This document shows, in pieces, positions 55,397 through 64,000 of a DNA stretch of 64,000 nt. The stretch is from Candidatus Latescibacterota bacterium (GTDB taxonomy: Bacteria; Latescibacterota; UBA2968; SICM01), in NCBI GenBank assembly GCA_965217865.1, contig CBDCJO010000002.1, positions 3,456,001 to 3,520,000 of the forward strand, written 5' to 3'. Every line of letters begins with the position of its first letter. Position 1 is the first letter of the stretch. The notes beneath the pieces are model-generated. The model saw only the letters and a program-made list of their open reading frames with translations, made no database searches and was not told where the DNA came from. Position numbers and translations under genes: made by a program.

Positions 55397-55529
55397 TGGC
55401 AAGAACGAGTCAGGAGGCAACCGTTAACCCGGAGGACAGAAGCCTGCATTTCCCAGGCGGGTATTTCGTCCGCTGGCAGATCGAGTCGCTGGGCACGGCC
55501 CGCTAACACGCAATTCATAGGAGAGGCTT

Positions 55530-57593
55530 ATCGAAGCGCAACGACCGGATCAGTTTATCAGGGCAGTAGTCTTCGACTTTGGTGGTGTCATATCGAAGCC
55601 GCAGAACCAGGCCCGCGCTCAGTGGCTTAGGCAGGCCTGTGGAATATCTGATAGTAAGTTTGAGGAGTTATACTTCCTATACAGGGAGGACTACGACGGG
55701 ACAACGCTCGCTTCTGGATCGCATGATGAAACGGTCAAGCTGTGGGACGTTGCGGCGCGAACAAATATCGCTACCCTCGAGGGGCATAAGTCTTGGGTCC
55801 GTTCTGTTGCGTTTTCACCTGACGGAACAACCCTTGCTTCCGTCGGGTCAAGCTACGGTCCAGGGTCATTGGATAACACGGTCAAGTTGTGGGACGTGGC
55901 GACGGGACGAAATATCGCGACTTATAGGCATATAGATAAGCATTCTGGTCAGGTGCAATCTGTCTATTCTGTGTCGTTTTCACCCGATGGCACGACCCTC
56001 GCCTCGGGGTCACAGGACAGCACGGTCATTTTGTGGGATGTGTCTGGGCGGCTACGACCCCGTCCTCAAACGCCTGTGAAAATCTCAGGCGATAACCAGC
56101 AGGGCACGCCCGGTGCGACGTTGGCGAACACCCTGATCGTCGAGGTGCGAGATCAGTACGATCATCCCTTACCGGATGCGCAAGTCACGTTTACGGTCAC
56201 CGCGGGCGAGGGGAGGCTCAGCGGGAGATTCACTGTCGAGCACGCAACGACCGGTGCCAACGGCAGAGCAGAGAACACTCCGACACTTGGGAGCAATCCG
56301 GGGCCGAACATCGTTGAGGTATCTGTCGCTGGACTTGAGCCTGTGACCTTCAACGCTGTGGGAGTTGGAACGTCCACATCAATCATGGGTGGTGATTATC
56401 GGACATGGCATTTACCCGATGGCGCAATCGTCCGCCTGGGAAAAGGAGCCATTGGTGCGGTGGCATTTTCTCCCGATGGTCAACGCCTCGCCGTGGCAAG
56501 TGGTATCGGTGTCTGGCTTTACGATGTGGCGACCTCTCGTGAACTCGCGCTATTCACCGGGCATACGGGCAAGGTTGGGACCGTGGCGTTCTCTCCCAAT
56601 GGCACGATGCTGGCTTCCGGTTCTCATGGTGATGTCAACCTATGGGACGTAGCGACGCGAACAAATATCGCCACCCTCGAGGGGCATAAGTCTTCGGTCC
56701 TTTCTGTTGCATTTTCACCCGATGGCACGACCCTCGCCTCGGGATCACTGTATGGCACGGTTAAACTGTGGGATGTGGCGACGCGAACAAATATCGCCAC
56801 CCTCGAGGGGCATAAGTCTTCGGTCCTTTCTGTTGCATTTTCACCCGATGGCACGACCCTCGCCTCAGGATCACGGGATAGAACGGTCAAGCTGTGGGAT
56901 GTGGCGACGCGAACAAATATCGCCACCCTCGAGGGGCATAAGTCTTCGGTCCTTTCTGTTGCATTTTCACCCGATGGCACGACCCTCGCCTCGGGGGCAG
57001 GGTCTTGGGATGGGAATGGCACGATCATTTTGTGGGATGTGGCGACAAGAGAAAATATCGCCACTTTTCGGCATACGAGTGAGGTCTCCTCTGTTGCGTT
57101 TTCACCCGATGGGACGACACTCGCTTCAGGGTCAGGGAGTAAGATCTACCTTTGGGATGTAAAGGCGGGAATAAATCTTGCCACCATTGAGGGGCATATA
57201 AATCGGGTCAATCACCTACAGATAAACGGAAAAGTTCTTGTGACCGTACGTCGCTTTGATCCCACTGAGTTCATAGACGATCGTAGAAATGTCCCTTGGT
57301 CAGATCCAATGCGGCATCCAACCACCGGTGGCGTGGTGACACGGAAGATTGAAAGGCGACTTATAAAAGAGGAAAAACTGATAAGGGGGGCAATGATTTA
57401 TAAAACCATAGACACAGCTGGCAGAGAAACCATTGAGGAATTCCCTTTTGAGGCTCCTGCGATGCTCAAAGGTGATTACATCTCCCTTTTCGTGGAGGCA
57501 GGTCTCTCGCCGAACGTTTTTGTGGACTATGAGGAGAAAGAAGATGATGGAATGAGTGGCATTCTATGTTTCGTCTGTGATGTGACCGAGTGA
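55530..57593 (+). pseudogene. Stop-free chimeric frame: HAD phosphatase N-terminus + WD40/Big_1 segment + probable methyltransferase C-terminus
   Basis: IRAVVFDFGGVI (55557 on), then DGTTLASGS.D.TVKLWD repeats and ISGDNQQG Ig-like domain, then unrelated tail from ~57212; no canonical start until 55869. Confidence 0.7.
56652..56995 (+). repeat. Three near-identical 126-bp WD40 tandem repeats
   Basis: GCGACGCGAACAAATATCGCCACCCTCGAGGGGCATAAG starts at 56652, 56778 and 56904. Confidence 0.93.
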
Positions 57594-57596
57594 TCT

Positions 57597-57990
57597 GAGC
57601 CGGCGCATAATATCACGCTCGTGTGCCTTGAAATCATCATCTGCTAACCGGTGTAAGTCCGCGTAGGTGAAGGCCACGGAAGAGGCGAAGACTCTGGAGA
57701 TGCAGCCTCGAAGGACTCCCCGGCGTCGGGTGAACGGAATGTGGTACGGTAGATGATGGAACAAGGGAGGTCTCAGTCGGAGGCCACATCCACGATAACC
57801 TCTGGATAAGCGACGAGACGTGAAGTCTGGAGGGATGCTGTATAAGAAGTCGGATGAGGTAATAGTACCGGTAATGGTGTGGCAACAGAACCCCACCGGA
57901 GGGAAGAGCCTCTACTTCAGCCGTGCCCAGCGGGGGAAGGTAAGTACGGTGCATGACCCGACAGGATTGTGCTAATCCCGACCAATATAA
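57597..57990 (+). ncRNA. Group II intron 5' fragment (domains I-III), no reverse transcriptase ORF
   Basis: GAAGTCGGATGAGGTAATAGTACCGG..., GGAGGGAAGAGCCTCTACTTC, GGTAAG and GGAACAAGGGAGGTC resemble group II intron domain I-III motifs. Confidence 0.68.
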
Positions 57991-58236
57991 ACAAGGAGTT
58001 ACAGCAGCTAGACTGTAGCCCCTTTTAACTTGGGTTGCAAAAGGGTTGCAAATCCCCAGCCGTAGATATTGATTATGTGATGCTTCTGCAATTAATAAGG
58101 GTATTCAGGCACATTGTTTATTCGAATAGTGAAAAGCTTATAAAGGAGTTAACAAACAAAGAGCTCATAAATCTAGAATGGGAAGACATTCACTATAACT
58201 CACACCAAATGTTTAAATCCTGTCACTGAGGTTCAA

Positions 58237-58797
58237 ATGACAAAACGCAAGGCACTCATTTCTGGTATCACGGGACAGGATGGTTCTTACTTGGCGGAAT
58301 TCCTCCTAGAAAAAGACTATGAAGTCCACGGCGTTGTACGTCGAGTGGCCTTGGAGGATCCAGAACACCGTCTGGGACGTATCCTCCATATTCAGGACCA
58401 GATCGACCTCCATGCTGCATCACTGGAAAGCTATCCAAGTATGTACAACGTGATTAAAAACGTCCGCCCCCACGAATGTTATCACTTGGCCGCACAGAGC
58501 TTTGTTAGTTACTTATTTGAGGATGCATTTTCAACTCTCAATACCAATATCAATGGCACGCATTACGTTCTGGAGTCTCTACATGATCTCAAACCCGACT
58601 GTCGGGTATACTTTGCTGCATCAAGCGAAATGTTCGGCAGGACTGAGGAAGTTCCGCAGACCGAAAAAACCAGGTTTCATCCTAGGTCGGCTTATGGCAT
58701 CTCCAAAGTAGCGGGTTACGATCTAACGCGAAATTACCGGGAAGCCTATAACCTACACGCCTCCAGCGGTATTCTCTTTAACCACGAATCTCCACCT
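58237..58797 (+). pseudogene. gmd: GDP-mannose 4,6-dehydratase, truncated after NHESP
   Basis: ALISGITGQDGSYLAE, LAAQSFV, SSEMFG, YGISK, GILFNHESP. Confidence 0.9.
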
Positions 58798-58995
58798 GAT
58801 TGAGGAACGGGTCGGCGACGACTACATCGTTCTCACCCACCGGCCAAAGTATGCCTCTGAAGCTGCGTGGAAGAATGAAGCCGAGCGCCCCGGATTCATC
58901 CAGGCCAACAAACTGTGCTTTCTGCGTGCCTACCAGCTCAGAGCGATTCATGCGTTGCAGCGGGCGGTACAGGATGGAGGCGATCGCTTCTTACA
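58798..58995 (+). pseudogene. Type I restriction subunit HsdR internal fragment
   Basis: Alternative frame reads FLRAYQLRAIHALQRAVQDGGDRFL (Q-motif just upstream of Walker A). Confidence 0.55.
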
Positions 58996-59048
58996 ACGAT
59001 ACGTGGCTGACCGATGGCCCTTGTTCGCAACGGAGAAAAGAGAACGGT

Positions 59049-59745
59049 ATGAGCGCCACAGATGAGGAATATCTGCAGATCGTGCTGGATGCGATCAGAG
59101 TCTGTGCGCTTTACAAACCGAAATTCGGGCAGGGACCGAAAGGCGAAGGGCTGACGCTTGAGCAGTTCCGGGAGTTGTATCAGGGAGATGCATTCTACAG
59201 TTGGTTCGGGCTGGAAAACCCGATGATGTACGCCGCCCACAAGGCGGCAGGTGGCATGACAAGCGTATATCGGCAGATCGGAATTGGTTGCGAAAAGCTG
59301 TTTCGAAGGGTCTTAAAGGACTCACTGGAATTGTCCGAGGAAGACGTGACTTGGTCGTATCAGGTGACGTTGCCGAGTGGACGGAAGCGAACGCTCTATC
59401 TGGATGGGCGGGTTTCCCTTGAGAAAATTCGCGACAAAGACAAACGGAACCGTTTCCATGGATGGATGAGCGAGTCTGCGAAGATGCTAGATGTGGACAC
59501 GAAGGTATTCGAGAGCTTGACTGGCACAATCTTCGAGGTCCGGCAGGGCTACAAGAGCAAGGATTCAAAGCGCCAGAATGCGGATATCGCCAACGCTGCG
59601 ACGGCGTACACGAAAGGCTATTTTCCGTGCGCTGCGATCTTGTCTGGACAGATCGATGGCGACGTTCTCATGCGTTACCGTGCTGAAAAATGGTCGGTTG
59701 TAACCGGTATCATCGGAACCACGAACCCCTTGATTTCGACCTACT
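59049..59745 (+). pseudogene. Type II restriction endonuclease-like gene (AvaII-like), 3' end probably truncated
   Basis: AAHKAAGGMTSVYRQIG.GCE, LYLDG, FEVRQGYKSKDSKRQNAD. Confidence 0.6.
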
Positions 59746-59952
59746 TATCACTTTCTAAAACCCTATTTTTAAATCTTATATCCGATCATCGAAAAATTAG
59801 ACCATGATCCAGGATGCTGAGAAACCAATCGCCACCTTGGCCCTTCATGCTTCAATCTTTTTGTTTGCTTCAAACCTTTTTGATCGTATTATCATCTGAC
59901 ACAAGCATTGGCAGTTGGCCCCGTGGTATGACATTTAACAGGAGGCCGAAAG

Positions 59953-60228
59953 ATGAAACTCTCAATCAAGTCCCTCGCCATAACGGCCGGGATCATCTGG
60001 GGGGGGTCGATCCTCCTCTTGGGGATCGCGAATGTTATCTGGCCGTCTTATGCCCTCGGTTTTCTTCAAATCGTGGACTCGATCTATCCCGGATACCACG
60101 CCGGAACCGGTGGTAGAAGTGTGATCGCGGGAACGCTCTACGGCCTGATCGACGGCGCCATCGGCGGTCTGATTTTTGCTTGGGTCTACAATCGGTTTGC
60201 ATGCGAAGGGAAGCCGAAAACCACCTGA
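59953..60228 (+). CDS. Small membrane protein (putative holin-like family)
   Basis: AGGAGG RBS; IYPGY and DG.IGG.IFAWVYN motifs. Confidence 0.65.
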   Translation: MKLSIKSLAITAGIIWGGSILLLGIANVIWPSYALGFLQIVDSIYPGYHAGTGGRSVIAGTLYGLIDGAIGGLIFAWVYNRFACEGKPKTT

Positions 60229-60335
60229 TAGAGAATGACAACGACCTCCCCTAGAAGGAGGTGGATTGCTTGGGGGAGTCCCCTGCGGCGGACTTTGTAC
60301 GCGTAGCGCAGGAATTCATTCCCGCGCGATGTCTT

Positions 60336-63300
60336 TCAATTGGGCTTTCCGATAAGCCGTTCGAAAATCCCCCGCGTCCTGGCCATCTCCTCCCGAACCG
60401 CTGCCAAGAACGACTCCGGTTCCTTAAAATTCACTGCCCTGGCAAGCGCGGTCAACGCCAGCTGATTCGAAGGCAGCCGGGTTCGCGCCCGTTCGTCCTG
60501 ACGGCGCATAACTTTTTCCACGCTTCGTAAAAACGAAAAACCGCCCTTCAAGTGGGCGGCGTCCTCGTCCGTCAGAAAACCTTCCTTTGTCAGCCGGTTT
60601 AAGCTCTCCAGGGTATTGACGCTCCGAACCCCTGGCGATCTTCGGCCATGCCGGATCTGCATGATCTGTGCGATAAATTCGATGTCTAAGATGCCACCTG
60701 GGCTGGTCTTGATACTCAGCGACTCCGATCTGCTTTTTCCGCCCTTGGCCTGAATACGCCGTCGGATATCCACAAGCTCATCGATTTCGGATTCCGAAAG
60801 GCCTTCCCCCAGCACGAATTCCTCAAACCGGCCCATCATCCGCTTCCCAAATCCTGCATCCCCTGCCACTACCCGGCTCCTCGAAAGGGCCAGGCGCTCC
60901 CAGGTCGAAGCCCGCTTTTCCAGATAACGATCATACGCCTCGTAAGACAACGCCAACAGAGCGCTACCCCCCTCGGGACGCAGGCGGGAGTCCACGGGGT
61001 ATAGTTTTCCATAAACCGTCCCCTGTTCCAGCATCGTGATGATCTGCTGAGCAAGATCCACGAAAAACTGAAGGTTTCCCTGAGCCTGGGGCCCGTCGGT
61101 CTCCCCGTCGCTCGAATACACAAACACGATGTCCAGGTCCGATCCGAAATTGAGTTCCCTTCCCCCCATCTTTCCCAGTCCCAGCACCACAAATTCCGCA
61201 GGCGATCCATCGGCCTTGCGAGGGGTCCCCCACCTTGCGGAAAGTCCCTCGAAGGCAACCTGGTAGACCTTTTTTAACAGCGTATCCGCCAGATGCGTCA
61301 AAGCCTCGAACGTCTCGAATGTCCCGGTTAATCCCAAAAGGTCCCGGGTACCGATCCGCAACAATTCCCGGCTTTTAAACCCGTTTAAGGCGGCCATCCG
61401 TGCATCATCCGTGTCCGCCCTGTTCATCCGGACATCAAGCTCGGTTTCAAAGTCTGCGGCAGACGACTCCCGGAGCAGCACATTCGACCGGGTCAGCCAG
61501 TCCAAAAGACTCGGGTTGCGCACAACGAGATTAACCAGATATTGACTGCCGGCGCACACCTTGAGCATCAAGTCTCGCAAACCCCAATCCGATGACAGGA
61601 TTCGAAAAAGGGTGTCACCAGCCCCATAAGCAGAAACCAGCCGCTCAAGATTGCTCAACCCCTGGTCCGGATCAGCCGAAGCCTCGAGCGTCTCCATCAA
61701 CGCGGGGGCAAGTGCCATAAAACTCTCGCGGGCACGGGTTCCTCTGATCCGGGGAACGTTCCCGAAGGCCAAAAACACCAGATTTCGGTGAGCCGCTTCA
61801 GGTTGGGCGAATCCAAGTTTCTGAAGTAACGCAACCGCCTCGGGATCGCCCACTTCCATTTCGCACAATGCCCCCACAGACCGCCCTTCGCCTTCCGGAG
61901 CCGCAGAAAAAATCTCCAGGTAGATCCCCTGGACCCCTTCGAGGTGACCTTCCAACGCCGCCCGGTAAGCCTCCTTCGACGAAAAACCCAGGTTTCGGGC
62001 GATCATCGCCTGATCCGCTTCTGTTTCGGGCAGGTTATAGTCGCTCAGCCCGTGCATCATCTGCATCCGGTGTTCCAATCGCCTGAAAAACAGATAGGCC
62101 TCCTCCAGGACCTCCCTTTCCCCTGGAGACAGGGCAAAAACCCGTTTTAGCTCCGATAACGCCTGGAGGGTATTCCCGGAGCGCGCATCAATGTGTATCC
62201 GCCCGACCATCAGTTGCAGGCACTGCACGATAAATTCAATGTCCCGGATCCCCCCGGATCGGAGTTTGAGATGAGTCTCTCCCTTTCCCTTCCGCCCGAT
62301 CCGTTCTTCGATCCTGCCTTTGGTGCGATGGATCTCCCTCACCGGGCTCACCTCGAAGTGTCTGGGATACACGAACGGCTGGACCGCCGCCAGGAACCGT
62401 TTACCAAGATCTTCCGATCCCGCACAGGGTCTGGCTTTGATCAGCATCTGCCGCTCCCACAGTTCTCCCCGGCGAACATAATAACCCTCATAGCCCGCGA
62501 GCGGCATGGTCAAGGCCCCTGATGACCCATCGGGACGCAGACGCAAGTCCACGCGGTACAGAAAACCCTCTTCCGTAACTTCGGTTGCAGCCTCGACCAC
62601 CCGCTCAGCCAGGCGTGAAAAATACGCCTGGTTGGTCAGCGGCCGGTGGTGGGATTCCCCCCCGTCGGTCTCGCCCTCCTCGGAATACAGAAACATCAAA
62701 TCAACATCGGAACTGAAATTGAGTTCCATCCCGCCCAGTTTGCCCAGCCCCATAATCACAAACTCCGCCCGACTGCCCTCCGTGTTCCGGGGAGTTCCAT
62801 AGCGGGCGTCGAGTTCCGGGGTCAGCAGATCCAGGAGCTTTTGCAGGCATACGTCGGCCAGGGTGGAGAGTTCCGCGGTCACGTCCTGGATCGGACGGTT
62901 ATCCATCAGGTCGCTTGCGCCGATCCGTAACAGCTCCCGGCGCGCGGCGCGACGTACCCCATTCAGCCGGTGGTCCAGGCCTTCAAACGCACCCACGGCT
63001 CTTTCGAAGGTCTTGATCAATTCCGCCTTTGTGCTGGGTTTTGAAAGCCGGTCGGGCGTTTCGGTCAGCCAGTAAAAATACTGCGGATCTCGTACGAGTA
63101 CGTCCGCCACAAATTGGCTGCTGCCCAACAGGCGGACAAGGATCCGGCACGTCTCGGGCCGGTCTTCAAGCTCGTGGAAAAATCCTGATGGGCTGAATAC
63201 GGATCGGGTCAAACGCTCAAAATTGTTCAGGGCCATATCAGGGTCAGGCGTCTCTACCAGTTCTCGGAACAGGACCGAAGGCAGGGTCCCGGTGGTTTCA

Positions 63301-63464
63301 GGACCCACCAGCCCCTCCAGGTTTCGCAAAGCCCGGTCCGGATCCCGGAACCCCATCCGTCCCAGTTCCCCCCGGGCCTCATCCGGGGTTTTTAGCAGTT
63401 TGGCCGTTAGCGCCCTAGCGGATATATCGGAGTCAAAAAGAGACATAAAAAGCGATGCGTTCAA
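60336..63464 (-). CDS. glnE: Bifunctional glutamine synthetase adenylyltransferase/deadenylylase
   Basis: Two NT domains GKLGG.ELNFSSDVD / GKMGG.ELNFGSDLD, VD.RLRP, WER, GGIRDIEF. Confidence 0.95.
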   Translation of the reverse strand: MNASLFMSLFDSDISARALTAKLLKTPDEARGELGRMGFRDPDRALRNLEGLVGPETTGTLPSVLFRELVETPDPDMALNNFERLTRSVFSPSGFFHELEDRPETCRILVRLLGSSQFVADVLVRDPQYFYWLTETPDRLSKPSTKAELIKTFERAVGAFEGLDHRLNGVRRAARRELLRIGASDLMDNRPIQDVTAELSTLADVCLQKLLDLLTPELDARYGTPRNTEGSRAEFVIMGLGKLGGMELNFSSDVDLMFLYSEEGETDGGESHHRPLTNQAYFSRLAERVVEAATEVTEEGFLYRVDLRLRPDGSSGALTMPLAGYEGYYVRRGELWERQMLIKARPCAGSEDLGKRFLAAVQPFVYPRHFEVSPVREIHRTKGRIEERIGRKGKGETHLKLRSGGIRDIEFIVQCLQLMVGRIHIDARSGNTLQALSELKRVFALSPGEREVLEEAYLFFRRLEHRMQMMHGLSDYNLPETEADQAMIARNLGFSSKEAYRAALEGHLEGVQGIYLEIFSAAPEGEGRSVGALCEMEVGDPEAVALLQKLGFAQPEAAHRNLVFLAFGNVPRIRGTRARESFMALAPALMETLEASADPDQGLSNLERLVSAYGAGDTLFRILSSDWGLRDLMLKVCAGSQYLVNLVVRNPSLLDWLTRSNVLLRESSAADFETELDVRMNRADTDDARMAALNGFKSRELLRIGTRDLLGLTGTFETFEALTHLADTLLKKVYQVAFEGLSARWGTPRKADGSPAEFVVLGLGKMGGRELNFGSDLDIVFVYSSDGETDGPQAQGNLQFFVDLAQQIITMLEQGTVYGKLYPVDSRLRPEGGSALLALSYEAYDRYLEKRASTWERLALSRSRVVAGDAGFGKRMMGRFEEFVLGEGLSESEIDELVDIRRRIQAKGGKSRSESLSIKTSPGGILDIEFIAQIMQIRHGRRSPGVRSVNTLESLNRLTKEGFLTDEDAAHLKGGFSFLRSVEKVMRRQDERARTRLPSNQLALTALARAVNFKEPESFLAAVREEMARTRGIFERLIGKPN

Positions 63465-63520
63465 CTTGAACAGTCGATTTCATAACCCGCGCCTCAAGCT
63501 TCAAGTCCTCTGGATCCTGG

Positions 63521-63862
<342 letters not shown>

Positions 63863-64000
63863 TCACCTCCCTCGAGGAACGCTTTTACTTCTCTTAATTT
63901 CCCATCAGATCACCTTATGACAAGGTATCTGCGCCAATCAAAAGCGTCAAGTAGAAATACTTTTGGTTTCTTGGGCTACGGCCGGAGATTTGGGGAAACT

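Noticed and set aside
55500-55520. GCTAAC as an attC start after the beta-helix gene
   Set aside because: No complementary arm or GTT box found downstream.
56652-57030. WD40 repeats as a diversity-generating retroelement TR/VR pair
   Set aside because: No reverse transcriptase in the window; differences are not adenine-specific and include indels.
59953-60228. Prophage suggested by the holin-like gene
   Set aside because: No endolysin, terminase or structural genes anywhere in the window.

Overview
A GC-rich bacterial chromosomal window. The GWxTD/TPR, NHL/FG-GAP/dockerin-like and WD40 proteins suggest Latescibacterota/Poribacteria-like, often host-associated lineages (inference only). Housekeeping genes sit at both ends: ispH, an SDR, a large secreted repeat protein, an alanine symporter, bpsA-like, DUF2156 and tsaC on the left; glnE and glnB on the right. 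Between about 17.4 and 59.8 kb lies a heavily shuffled accessory region: a few intact genes among many abruptly cut fragments of defence genes (type I and II R-M, Avs2-like STAND, SNF2 helicase, AAA ATPase, Abi, Panacea), at least nine IS elements or IS fragments, serine-recombinase element remnants, a one-spacer orphan type I-E CRISPR array and an ORF-less group II intron 5' half. The most notable observations read directly from the sequence are: (1) an IS110 whose exact ends can be deduced, whose excision would restore the symporter in frame and create a 17-bp-spaced sigma70 promoter, and whose 3' non-coding end forms a bridge-RNA-like fold with donor-matching loops; (2) an integrase-less integron-like cassette bounded by two attC-like sites, one split by an IS with no target duplication; (3) a stop-free HAD/WD40/methyltransferase-like chimeric frame containing near-identical 126-bp WD40 repeats; (4) a bpsA-like/DUF2156 gene pair. 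Family names come from motif recognition; no database search was run.
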